A stretch of 29,767 bases of DNA from Caldisphaera sp. (lineage in GTDB: Archaea; Thermoproteota; Thermoprotei_A; Sulfolobales; Acidilobaceae): NCBI GenBank assembly GCA_049971805.1, contig JBMFKU010000017.1:1-29767 (forward strand), given 5' to 3'. The notes beneath the pieces are model-generated. The model saw only the letters and a program-made list of their open reading frames with translations. It was not told the DNA's origin and did not search any database. Shown one piece after another: positions 8,307 to 18,106 of the stretch. Position numbers and translations under genes: made by a program. Within the stretch, counting starts at the first letter, position 1. Every line of letters begins with the position of its first letter.

Positions 8307-10139
8307 TTAAGCTGTTGCATAATATTCATTTTTACTTTTTTGCAATCTATCTAAATAAGCTCCTTCTTTATTAATCCTAGGTCTTCCACTATCCTCGTCT
8401 CTCCTTATTGTTATATTTAGCTCCGAAAGGAGATCGTTCATTGCCTTCTTAGTATCCTTCGGAGTCTTAGCATTACCTTTTATTCCTGGTTCTCCATCAA
8501 ATACCATGATCCTGTCACTTATAAAATCAAGTATTATTATATCATGCTCTGCAACAAATGCAACTACCTTTCTCATTTCTGTTAGTCTTCTTATTATTTT
8601 AGCTACAGCTAATCTTTCTTCTACATCAAGGTGGGCAGAAGGCTCGTCTAGCAAATATATATCTGCATTAGAGCTTAAAGAAGAAGCTATTGCAACTTTC
8701 TGCATTTCCCCTCCACTTAACGACCTTGCTTGCCTATCAAACATTTTATTAAGGTTTAGTTTTTGTATAAGCTCTAAATATAGCCAAGAATTTGGTATAA
8801 CCGATTCAGGATTAGCCGATCTTAAAATTTCCTCTACAGTGGCATTTTCAGGAAACATTTCAGGTCCTACATATTGGGGTTTATAACTTATTTTTAGTTC
8901 TTTATAACTTATTATATTTCCTCCTTCTGGTTGCAATTCGCCAGCTAAGAACTTTATAAAGGTTGTTTTTCCTATAGCATTTGGCCCAACAATCCCTATA
9001 ACCTCTCCATTCATTACATAACCTTGCTCTGAATTTAATACAAATGAACCCCTTGCAATAGATACATTTGTCCATTCTAGGTATTTGTAAGAATTTTTGT
9101 TAGCTTCACTCGACAAATTTAAACTCTCAGCCGATAGTCTTCTAAATTGTATTGGATCTTTTCTAATCCTCATATTTTCCGAAGGTAAATAGCCATCTAA
9201 AAAATTGTTTATTCCGACTCTAACTCCATAAGGTTTTGATGTAATTCCATAAACTCCGGGTTCTCCGTACATAATATGTACATAATTGCTTAAATAATCT
9301 AATACAGCTAGATCATGTTCTACGACAATGAAATATTTATTATTTTTAGCTTCATTCATAATAATTTTTGAAACTTTAATCCTTTCTTTTATATCTAAAT
9401 AGCTACTTGGCTCGTCAAATATGTAGATATCCGCATCTTTACTTAATGTTGCAGCAATAACTAGCTTTTGTAATTCTCCTCCACTTAAATTTTTAACATC
9501 TCTATCAAATATTTTATCTAGATTTAATTCCTTCGCTAATTCAATTGAATTGTTTCTTTCATCTGCCTTTTTTAATAGTTCTTTTACACTACCTTTTATA
9601 TGTCTCGGTACTAAATCGATATATTGTATTTTATGAGCTGCCCTAATTTTTTTGTTTGCCAGTTTTTGGAAATAAGTTTGTAGTTCGCTGCCTCTAAACA
9701 TTTTTATTATATCATCATAATCTACTTCTTTTTCTAAATTTCCTAAATTTGGTTTAAGCTCTCCAGCTAGTATTTTGATTGCTGTTGTTTTCCCAGTACC
9801 ATTTTTTCCTATTATTCCAACTACTTGACCTGCCTTGGGTATTGGAAGACCATATAGTTTAAAGCCATTAACGCTATATCTATGCACAGCTTCTTCCTCT
9901 AACTCTTCTGGCAGGTTGACTATAGATATTGCATCAAATGGACATACTTTAATGCATAAACCACAACCAATGCATATATCTTCGTATATTACTGGTTTAG
10001 ACCTAGATGGTATATCTGCTTCTATGGCTATTCCTTTCTTGCTTTTGTTTATTGGACAAATGCTTATACATTCATAATTACATTTCTTTGGCTTGCAGCT
10101 GTCTTGGTCTATAACTGCTATTCTTGTCACTTTGATCAC
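8307..10139 (-). CDS. rli: ABCE1/RLI ribosome-recycling ATPase
   Basis: N-terminal two-[4Fe-4S] Cys pattern; two NBDs (GKNGTGKT, GPNAIGKT, LSGGE twice); GRPRINK. Confidence 0.98.
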   Translation of the reverse strand: MIKVTRIAVIDQDSCKPKKCNYECISICPINKSKKGIAIEADIPSRSKPVIYEDICIGCGLCIKVCPFDAISIVNLPEELEEEAVHRYSVNGFKLYGLPIPKAGQVVGIIGKNGTGKTTAIKILAGELKPNLGNLEKEVDYDDIIKMFRGSELQTYFQKLANKKIRAAHKIQYIDLVPRHIKGSVKELLKKADERNNSIELAKELNLDKIFDRDVKNLSGGELQKLVIAATLSKDADIYIFDEPSSYLDIKERIKVSKIIMNEAKNNKYFIVVEHDLAVLDYLSNYVHIMYGEPGVYGITSKPYGVRVGINNFLDGYLPSENMRIRKDPIQFRRLSAESLNLSSEANKNSYKYLEWTNVSIARGSFVLNSEQGYVMNGEVIGIVGPNAIGKTTFIKFLAGELQPEGGNIISYKELKISYKPQYVGPEMFPENATVEEILRSANPESVIPNSWLYLELIQKLNLNKMFDRQARSLSGGEMQKVAIASSLSSNADIYLLDEPSAHLDVEERLAVAKIIRRLTEMRKVVAFVAEHDIIILDFISDRIMVFDGEPGIKGNAKTPKDTKKAMNDLLSELNITIRRDEDSGRPRINKEGAYLDRLQKSKNEYYATA

Positions 10140-10208
10140 CTTTTTTTATGGGTCAAACAGACTGTAAAAATGAAAGGTTTTTAAAATATTTTTTAAATTT
10201 AGTATAAT

Positions 10209-10907
10209 TTAAAAACTAAATTCAAATTTTTCTCCTGGCCTTAATATAACAACATTTGTATTTATTCCTCTTGAAATAACTATTCTCCTAAATTCCTCTG
10301 GATCTCCATACAATACTGGAAATGTACCGTAATGCATTGGTATTGCAACTTTTGGTTTTATCAATTCTACAGCTTTTGCAGCTTCATTTTGATCCATGGT
10401 AAAGTGACCTCCTATGGGTAACAAAGCTATATCAGGCTTATATATTTCTCCAATTAATTGCATCTCAGACATAATTCCAGTATCACCGGCATGATATATT
10501 GTTCCTTCTTTAGAAATTATTATAACGCCTGTTGGTGCTCCAAGATTTCCACTGCTATGATTAGCTGGTGTTAAAGCTATTTTTAATCCATCTACTATCA
10601 TTGGTCCTCCCATATTTCCTCCTATAACTCTTTCTTCATTTCCTATTTTTTGACCAATATAGTTTGCTAGTTCAAAGATTGCGGCTACCTTTGATTTTTC
10701 ATTCCTCTTCATAATTTCTATAGTATCACCTACATGATCTTCATGGCCATGAGTTAATATAATCAGATCAACATTATTTATTTTATCAATAGATGCAACA
10801 GACTTAGGATTAGATATCCATGGATCTATCAGTATTTTTTTACCTTCAACCACTAGTTCAAATGCAGATTGACCATAATAAATTAGATAACCCACTTCTC
10901 TCACCAA
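10209..10907 (-). CDS. Metallo-beta-lactamase-fold metal-dependent hydrolase (UPF0173-like)
   Basis: ILIDPW, THGHEDH, YHAGDTG, LPIGGHFTM, IPMHYGTFP. Confidence 0.92.
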   Translation of the reverse strand: MVREVGYLIYYGQSAFELVVEGKKILIDPWISNPKSVASIDKINNVDLIILTHGHEDHVGDTIEIMKRNEKSKVAAIFELANYIGQKIGNEERVIGGNMGGPMIVDGLKIALTPANHSSGNLGAPTGVIIISKEGTIYHAGDTGIMSEMQLIGEIYKPDIALLPIGGHFTMDQNEAAKAVELIKPKVAIPMHYGTFPVLYGDPEEFRRIVISRGINTNVVILRPGEKFEFSF

Positions 10908-10967
10908 GTATTTTTTAGTAATTCGAGAATATTAGGTTTAACTAAATATCGATACAAGGGGGGGATT

Positions 10968-11885
10968 ATGTTTAGCCAAGATGAGATCGAAAAGCTATTA
11001 AAATCTGGAAAAATAGGTGCAGAGGCAAGGGACTTAGGAGTCTCTTTAGTAAAACCTGGTGCAAGTTCTAGAGAAATTTGTGAAGAGGTAGAAAACTTAA
11101 TCATAAAAAGAGGAGCCATTCCAGCATTTCCATGCAATTTTTCGATTAATGAAATAGCAGCCCATTACACCCCAGGAATAGATGATGATATGAAAGTACC
11201 AGAAAGGGGTATAGTTAAAGTTGATATAGGCGCCAACATAGATGGATATTTATCAGATACCGCAGCCTCTGTCGCGCTTGGTAGCGAATTTAAAGAACTT
11301 ACATTATCTGTAGAAAAGTCATTAAAGTCTGTAATAGAAATTATGAAACCTAATATTACTATTTATGAGATTGGAAAGACGATTGAAACAAATATAAGAA
11401 GTAACGGTTATAGGCCTGTAAAGAATTTAACTGGTCATACCATATCAAGATATAGTCTGCATGCTGGTGAAAGCGTACCTAATTATGCAGATAGAAAAGA
11501 CTTTTATAAAAGATTAAAACCTGGGACTCAAGTAGCGATAGAACCATTTGGTACAACTGGTAAAGGCTTTGTAGTAGATGGATCTAAGTCATTTATTTAT
11601 TCTTTTACAGGTAAAATTCCTAAAGGTGTTTCTGAAGATGCCTTAAATCTTCTAAATTATATTAAAAACAAGTACAATAGATTACCTTTCGCAGTAAGGT
11701 GGTTATCCAAAGAGTTTGAGCCCCAAAAAATAGGAAACTTACTTAGCGAGCTTGTAAGGCAAAAAGCATTAGTTGATTATCCAATGCTAATAGAAGTTAG
11801 CAAATCAGTTGTTGCACAGTTTGAGCATACCTTTTTGATCTTAAATGATAAGATACTGGTTACAACTGAAAGCTCAACCAATTAG
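10968..11885 (+). CDS. map: Type II methionine aminopeptidase
   Basis: AFPCNFSINEIAAHYTP, KVDIGANIDGYLSDTA, NLTGH, AIEPF, AQFEHT, plus the type II helical insertion. Confidence 0.97.
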   Translation: MFSQDEIEKLLKSGKIGAEARDLGVSLVKPGASSREICEEVENLIIKRGAIPAFPCNFSINEIAAHYTPGIDDDMKVPERGIVKVDIGANIDGYLSDTAASVALGSEFKELTLSVEKSLKSVIEIMKPNITIYEIGKTIETNIRSNGYRPVKNLTGHTISRYSLHAGESVPNYADRKDFYKRLKPGTQVAIEPFGTTGKGFVVDGSKSFIYSFTGKIPKGVSEDALNLLNYIKNKYNRLPFAVRWLSKEFEPQKIGNLLSELVRQKALVDYPMLIEVSKSVVAQFEHTFLILNDKILVTTESSTN

Positions 11886-12126
11886 CTTCAGTAAAGAAAT
11901 CCGTATTTTAACCTTCTTCTAAAAAGTAAAGTTTATTGTTATTTTTATCAAATTTATTTAAAAATCTATAATATTTTATTAAAAATTTCTCTAGCCTTAA
12001 TGGATTAAACTTTAGGTTTTTATATAATTAGCCTTTAATAAAAACTCCGGGTAATGTTAATACAACTCTTTAACCTCTGGTACTTAACAGTTTTTTGGAG
12101 GCAGAAAGCTAAAACGGTGAAACTGC

Positions 12127-13242
12127 TTGGTAAATTTAACAGCAATAGAAAATTGGTCTTATTTGCTAATTAATTTAGTTTGGGTACTAATATTTATCAT
12201 GTATTTGTTTGGATTTGGAAATTGGATCCAAGTGTATTGGTGGAAAGCAGATATAAAATCTAAACTAGTTGTATTAAATAATATGGCTACTTCCGCTAAG
12301 AATAAGACTCTTGAGTTTATGAATAAAAATAAGGCTAAAGATCCATCCAAGACATTAGATAGACTAATTGATTTTTTTGCGATAGACCCTGTAAATATAG
12401 AACCTACTGATATAATAAATAGACTAAGACATATAATTAATATTAGAGATACCAGATTTAAGCAAAGTTTTGAAACATCTATGCCAGATGCTAATGAAAC
12501 TGCAAGAAGTATTGCTTCCACAGCTGCTGAAATATCATCAGCATTATATTTTATTTATAGATATGTTCAACACATATTACTTAGTGGAGAGAAGACTAAA
12601 AATTGGTATTTGATAATGTATCTTTCTCTTATGATGCCACAAATAATGCAGATAGCAAACATTTACAGAAAAGCATTAGATGATTTTCTAGAAGGAGTCC
12701 CAGTTGGAGATGGAGCGGGGGCTCTTGTAGCATTAAAAATAAGTGATTTCAAATCTGATTGGAGAGAAGTTGATGAGGATACCGTTGCAACAGAAAGTGA
12801 GTATAAAGGAAGAAAAATATTGCTTGTAAAAGCTAAGGGTCCTGGATCAACAGTTGGTAGACCAGGAGAAGCTACTGAAAAAATAATTAGAGAATCTCTT
12901 GCTAAAGGAGAAAGAGTTTCATTATTAATAACTGTGGATGCTGCATTAAAATATGAAGGAGAAGAAACAGGTACAGTTGCAGAAGGTGTAGGAGCTGCTA
13001 TAGGAGATCCCGGTCCGGAAAAAATTAGATTTGAAAGGATAGCAGCTGAATATAATATACCATTGAGAGCTGTTATAGTAAAAATGGGTATGGATGAAGC
13101 AATAATGGCAATGAACAAAAAGATTTTAGATGGTACAGATAAAGCTGTCGATAGAATAAAATTAATCATAGAAGAAGAGTCAAAACCTGGAGATACTGTT
13201 GTTATAGCCGGTATAGGCAACACGGCTGGTGTTGGTCAATGA
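12127..13242 (+). CDS. DUF1512 family membrane-anchored protein
   Basis: N-terminal TM; PVNIEPTDII, GDGAGALVA, KAKGPGSTVGRPG, TVDAALKYEGEETG, GIGNTAGVGQ; adjacent to map. Confidence 0.88.
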   Translation: MVNLTAIENWSYLLINLVWVLIFIMYLFGFGNWIQVYWWKADIKSKLVVLNNMATSAKNKTLEFMNKNKAKDPSKTLDRLIDFFAIDPVNIEPTDIINRLRHIINIRDTRFKQSFETSMPDANETARSIASTAAEISSALYFIYRYVQHILLSGEKTKNWYLIMYLSLMMPQIMQIANIYRKALDDFLEGVPVGDGAGALVALKISDFKSDWREVDEDTVATESEYKGRKILLVKAKGPGSTVGRPGEATEKIIRESLAKGERVSLLITVDAALKYEGEETGTVAEGVGAAIGDPGPEKIRFERIAAEYNIPLRAVIVKMGMDEAIMAMNKKILDGTDKAVDRIKLIIEEESKPGDTVVIAGIGNTAGVGQ

Positions 13243-13532
13243 GCGATTTTGGAATAAACTTTGCTTATCAAGCTATTTTATTGTTTATAGTATTAGTAGT
13301 GGTTATTTTATTAACCTTAATGCAAGCAAACGAATTAAAGAAAATGTCTGAGGCACAAAAAAGACCAAAATTTATAACAGTAGAAGATTGTAATGGAATG
13401 GTTACAACTAGAGATTTTAAACCAGGCGATTTTGTAGGCTTTATTGAAGGAACTTGCGATAATAAAGGAAGTCAGAGAAAGGTCATCGGAATTTATGCCA
13501 TCAGAGAGGAACCTAAGAAAAAGAGGTTCTAA
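13239..13532 (+). CDS. Small single-TM protein coupled to DUF1512
   Basis: ATGA overlap with the DUF1512 stop; one TM helix, then C...RDFKPGDFV...C...VIGIY. Confidence 0.85.
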   Translation: MSDFGINFAYQAILLFIVLVVVILLTLMQANELKKMSEAQKRPKFITVEDCNGMVTTRDFKPGDFVGFIEGTCDNKGSQRKVIGIYAIREEPKKKRF

Positions 13533-13746
13533 TTTTTGTTCTATAATACCTACGAATTTCATTAATACATGAATCATCAAAAAATCTTTACGATGATATC
13601 AGAAATTTATTTTATAAAAAAGTTTTAGATTTAAATATCTAAATCTCATACTAAAAGGAGAAGTTTTCTTATTATTTTTAAAATACTTTTGAAGGTGGAA
13701 AACTTTTTTATGTAACAAAATCAAAAAATTACATAAGGTGTAAGAA

Positions 13747-14922
13747 TTGACAATAGAAAATATTGTCCAAGCCGTAAGAAATACTGAGTTGGCAACAAAC
13801 AGCGCATTTTCATCTTCTCCATATTTAAAATATGCAGTTGCTGCTGATTGGACCGCAATATCAGCATATGCAATTGTTTTAATTATAACATTAACTTTAT
13901 ATAGCTCAAAAAAAGATAAAGAAAAAGCTTCAAACGCAGTATTAGTTATAGTAAGTATAGCAAGTAAAAAGGTTAAAGATATATTATATAAAAACATTAG
14001 TTACCACAAAAAATTTGGCCTACCGATTTATTTAGTAATAGATGACGGGGCAGATCTTCAAGAAGAACTTTCTAAAAGAAAAGATATAAAACTTGTAGTC
14101 GTTCCCAAGTCCTTCAGGCATGATTTATTTGGTAAGGGTAGAGCCTTAAGATATTTTGTTGAAAATAAAGTTAGAAATGATCTGTGGTATGTTTTTCTTG
14201 ATGATGATAACCTTATTTTAAACGACTCTTTTCTCTATGAAATTCCTTATTATGAAAAAAAAGGTTATGTAGCATTTAATCCTGTATTGTTTCCTAGGAG
14301 AGGAAAATCTTATATTGCATATATAATGGACTTTGCGAGATATTTAGATGACATATCATTCTTTAGGTTGTTTACTGGTATTGTAAAAAAACCATATGTA
14401 GGTCTTCATGGCGAGCTTTTAGGTGTTAAAGGATCTTTCCTAACAAGAGTGAATGCATTTAATAAGCCAAGCAAGGTAGAGGATTTTCACTTTTCTATAG
14501 AGGTAGTTAAAAACAATGGAAAAACTTGGCAAAGCAACACTAAGGTAAGTATATTGAGCCCTAACTCAATAAAGGATTTAATTAAGCAAAGGGCAAGATG
14601 GTATTCAGGTATGACAGAAGATTCTAAACATGCACCAATAAAAATGAGAATCATTATAGCTTTTAAAACATTTTCAAGGACCTTAGGATTAATAGGATTA
14701 TGGATATTATTACCCTTTGTAAATTATTGGATCATAGCATTAATAATAATTCCTAGTAGCTTAATCTATTGGGTTGTTTATATATATGGAGTTAAAAAAG
14801 CTGGTAAGATAAGATATATAATTACATTACCAATTTTTGGTATATTAGAAGGATTTGGACTTTTATATGGATTAACAAAAGTGGGTAAAAAAGAGTTTAT
14901 AGTAATAGATAAAACCTTATAG
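13747..14922 (+). CDS. Membrane-bound GT2-family glycosyltransferase
   Basis: N-terminal TM, VIDDG, GKGRAL, FLDDD, ED, QRARW (QxxRW), C-terminal TM helices. Confidence 0.88.
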   Translation: MTIENIVQAVRNTELATNSAFSSSPYLKYAVAADWTAISAYAIVLIITLTLYSSKKDKEKASNAVLVIVSIASKKVKDILYKNISYHKKFGLPIYLVIDDGADLQEELSKRKDIKLVVVPKSFRHDLFGKGRALRYFVENKVRNDLWYVFLDDDNLILNDSFLYEIPYYEKKGYVAFNPVLFPRRGKSYIAYIMDFARYLDDISFFRLFTGIVKKPYVGLHGELLGVKGSFLTRVNAFNKPSKVEDFHFSIEVVKNNGKTWQSNTKVSILSPNSIKDLIKQRARWYSGMTEDSKHAPIKMRIIIAFKTFSRTLGLIGLWILLPFVNYWIIALIIIPSSLIYWVVYIYGVKKAGKIRYIITLPIFGILEGFGLLYGLTKVGKKEFIVIDKTL

Positions 14923-14956
14923 TTTGAATTTAATTCGTCAAGTTTTATATAATAAA

Positions 14957-15583
14957 CTAAAGCTCTACATTTGCATGCCTGGCCCTCATCTGATCTTCGC
15001 TTATATTTAATTTTACCATAAGATTGTAAACTATTCCATCTAGGAAAACCATTGTAGTATCTTCAAACAAAGTTCCTAAAGGAGCTAATGGTTCATGCAA
15101 TCCTAGAATTTGTCTCGCAAAGTAATCATCCATTTTACTGATTTTTGATCTTCCAGGTATTTTTATTACCATATCAGCAATAGATCCTAATGGCGAATCT
15201 GGAAATGTAGTAAGTGCAATAACTTTTGAACCAACTTTTTTTGCAGCATCTGCTGCATCTACTATTAATTGAGTTCTACCAGAGCCAGATATAGCTATTG
15301 CTAAATCGCCCTTAGATATACTTGGTACAATTGTTTCTCCTAAAACATATGAATTAAATCCCATGTGAAGCAACCTCATTGCAAAAGCCTTACCTACTAA
15401 TCCGCTTCTGCCGGCTCCCATCACTAAGACCTTTGTGTTCTTCTTATATGCATCTATTAAGTCATTTGTAAACATATCTATTTCCTTTGGCTCAATAACT
15501 TCAGCTGCTTTAATAATAAAATTTGATATCTCTTTCATGGCTTGCAACGCCGTATGGCTTACATTATTATCCAAAGAACTCAC
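14957..15583 (-). CDS. hxlB: 6-phospho-3-hexuloisomerase (SIS domain)
   Basis: [40 protein letters not shown]. Confidence 0.95.
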   Translation of the reverse strand: MSSLDNNVSHTALQAMKEISNFIIKAAEVIEPKEIDMFTNDLIDAYKKNTKVLVMGAGRSGLVGKAFAMRLLHMGFNSYVLGETIVPSISKGDLAIAISGSGRTQLIVDAADAAKKVGSKVIALTTFPDSPLGSIADMVIKIPGRSKISKMDDYFARQILGLHEPLAPLGTLFEDTTMVFLDGIVYNLMVKLNISEDQMRARHANVEL

Positions 15584-15754
15584 CGATATATGGTAAAAAT
15601 TTACAGTTTAAAAAATTTTTATTTTAAACCATTTTTATCTTTTTTATATTTTATAAACTTAATAAATTTTTAAAAAAGATAAAACAGATTATTTTCTCAT
15701 ATAAATTTTAAAAAACTAGCAAAATCTATTATCATATAAAAAATTTAAAAACAA

Positions 15755-16678
15755 CTATACTTTTCTTTTCACATAACCTGGATATTCTCTAGTTCCTATA
15801 AATAATGAGCCGCCATTATAAAGACCAGAGACTATAAGATTACCTCCTGTATATAATAGATAAGCTGTGTTGTATTCAAAAGAAACTATGTATCTACCAT
15901 TTTCATCTTTAACACATGGAGGATAAACTAAAGCACTTGGTTGGCCTTCATCTACTTTTATTGTTATTGTATTGATATAAGTTGGTATTCTTATTTTTCT
16001 GTAATCCCTTAATAATGGACAATTTCCAGAAATCTCTGATGGAATGCCTGTCCAGCTTAGCTCCTTATTAAAAATCCTCCCTCTTCTCCATGATAGGCAT
16101 GGTCCTTCTACCAAAACTCCACCAAAGTTATTTTTACATTCTATTATTTGAGTTTTGCTCAAAAAGCTCTTTAATATATTTTCAGCATTTTTTTCTTTAT
16201 ATATAACTATATCTATATCCGAAAAATTATTTTGCATGCCCAAAGAATAAGAACCGGTTAAGCCAACATATTTTATATCTATATCATCTAAAATTTCTTC
16301 TAATATTCTATAAACTATTGGATCAATATTTTTATATTCATGAAAAATATACTTTTCAAATAATTTCTTGGGGTTATTGTATTCAATGATATCATCTAAA
16401 CTAATATAGACCATATGAGCCCTATAAATAGGATCGTAAGTCAATTTCATTCCAGATTCTCTCATGGCATTTAAAATTCCATTTGGCCCATATTCGCTTA
16501 GTATTCTACAAAATGAAATTGTCCCTTTTTTCCATGCACTATTTTTACAAGAAACATATTTTGGTATAACTGGTATATAACCTTCTGGTGACGGAATACC
16601 AATTTCAACTCCAACTACTAAACTTTTGGTTATTATGGTAGAATTATGGCCATATCTCAATTGGTTCAATTTTTCCAC
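15755..16678 (-). CDS. Pol-beta-superfamily nucleotidyltransferase (COG1665-like), paralog B
   Basis: VGLTGSYSLGMQNNFSDIDIVIY (GS...DxD); overlaps the upstream paralog; start uncertain. Confidence 0.8.
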   Translation of the reverse strand: MEKLNQLRYGHNSTIITKSLVVGVEIGIPSPEGYIPVIPKYVSCKNSAWKKGTISFCRILSEYGPNGILNAMRESGMKLTYDPIYRAHMVYISLDDIIEYNNPKKLFEKYIFHEYKNIDPIVYRILEEILDDIDIKYVGLTGSYSLGMQNNFSDIDIVIYKEKNAENILKSFLSKTQIIECKNNFGGVLVEGPCLSWRRGRIFNKELSWTGIPSEISGNCPLLRDYRKIRIPTYINTITIKVDEGQPSALVYPPCVKDENGRYIVSFEYNTAYLLYTGGNLIVSGLYNGGSLFIGTREYPGYVKRKV

Positions 16679-17501
16679 CTAGGTCGGGAGATATAATTAT
16701 TTTATGTTTTATTTCATCTCTTTGCAATGTACCATCAAAATAATATTTTCCAAGAGGTAGCTCTGAGTACCTAGTATGCCAAGTGACTAATTCTATGTTT
16801 CCATAATCAATACTCTTAACTTTATAAAAACTTGGAACCAAATAGCTTTCATCGTTATCATATATTTCTATTAAGCCCTTATAACTTGAAATATTACTGT
16901 ACATGCTATAACATTTCTTTGATTCAATTTGTCTAAGAATCCTTATTGTATATGGGATATTTAAATAGCAAGAATCCAAAACCCTTCTGTTGGATAACAT
17001 AAGATATGCTTTTTGGCTCATGGTATTAGAAACTTTATTATATCTATTGCTACAGTTTTTAATTAATCCATTATTCCTAAGCTCTTTTAATTTCTCATAG
17101 ATTTTCCTATTATCCCCAAAAACAGTTAAATCCACATCACTATTAATATTTTCAAGACCAAACGCATAACTACCGATAAGGCCTACATAGCTTGGATTAA
17201 TTACATCTATAAGCTCTAATATTTTTTGTGGCAAATTCATATATTTATTTATAAAAATTTCATGGGGATCATAGCTCTCTATTATGCTTTCCTTTAATAT
17301 AACTGGAACATCCCTTCCTACGCAATCCAAATATTTAATAAAATTTCTTGGTGTATATTTAATAAAATCATTTGACGATATTTTTTTCTTACCAATCAAA
17401 TAAGGTATAGCTATATAGCCGTTTTCAGGATGTTCGTAACCCTTAATAATCCATAATATATCTTCAAAATTTTTTACCTTAGCATACCAACCTTCAAACA
17501 A
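16644..17501 (-). CDS. Pol-beta-superfamily nucleotidyltransferase (COG1665-like), paralog A
   Basis: KGYEHPENGYIAIPY N-terminus; VGLIGSYAFGLENINSDVDLTVFG. Confidence 0.82.
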   Translation of the reverse strand: MFEGWYAKVKNFEDILWIIKGYEHPENGYIAIPYLIGKKKISSNDFIKYTPRNFIKYLDCVGRDVPVILKESIIESYDPHEIFINKYMNLPQKILELIDVINPSYVGLIGSYAFGLENINSDVDLTVFGDNRKIYEKLKELRNNGLIKNCSNRYNKVSNTMSQKAYLMLSNRRVLDSCYLNIPYTIRILRQIESKKCYSMYSNISSYKGLIEIYDNDESYLVPSFYKVKSIDYGNIELVTWHTRYSELPLGKYYFDGTLQRDEIKHKIIISPDLGGKIEPIEIWP

Positions 17502-17586
17502 AACATTTCACCGATTGATTGGCATTTAATTTCTTATTCAAAACTAAATATCTTTCAAATAACAAAAATAAATCATTTTAAAATAT

Positions 17587-17913
17587 TTATTGTTTTAATA
17601 GAGCTATTGCATCTTGCAATGCCTTTACTTTATCTTGATCTTTGCTGCTTACACAAGCCTGAACTATGCTTGCCAATATCTTATAAATTTTTGCTATTTC
17701 ATTTCCCTGAAATTTTACATTTGACTCTATAGATTTTAAATTAGCATTTAAAGAATCAACCAATAACTCAAGCACAGATACAACATCATCAATGTCTTCA
17801 TGCTCGTGTTCGTGTACATGCTCATGACCATGCTCTTCCTCTACTTCTTCAACTATCTTATCTAAATCTTCCTTTTTCTTCGGCAAATCCATCCTTTTTC
17901 TTCCACTGCTCAA
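17587..17913 (-). CDS. His/Glu-rich hypothetical protein
   Basis: EEEHGHEHVHEHEHED tract followed by an amphipathic, coiled-coil-like helical region. Confidence 0.85.
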   Translation of the reverse strand: MSSGRKRMDLPKKKEDLDKIVEEVEEEHGHEHVHEHEHEDIDDVVSVLELLVDSLNANLKSIESNVKFQGNEIAKIYKILASIVQACVSSKDQDKVKALQDAIALLKQ

Positions 17914-18106
17914 CTTAAATACCCCATTTAGTTCTCATTATTTTTATTGTAATCGAGGCTTTTAATATCTTTTCAGATTATAGTGCCTTAATAAAACTTT
18001 ATTTTTATTTTATGCAAAAGTTTTAATAAAATATTACAAAAACCAACAATTATAATATTTCCTAACTATTAGTAAATAGTGGTGAAAAATAGGGAGGAGA
18101 GTTTTA

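Noticed and set aside
12663-13223. 186-aa minus-strand ORF within DUF1512
   Set aside because: Codon-aligned antisense shadow of a conserved gene; no domain features.
13545-13610. Possible second C/D sRNA (TGATGA and CTGA on the minus strand)
   Set aside because: Boxes are in the wrong order (D before C), no internal D'/C' pair, and the sequence is AT-rich.
13599-13997. 132-aa minus-strand ORF overlapping the GT2 start
   Set aside because: Antisense to GT2 and running into AT-rich spacer; no motifs.
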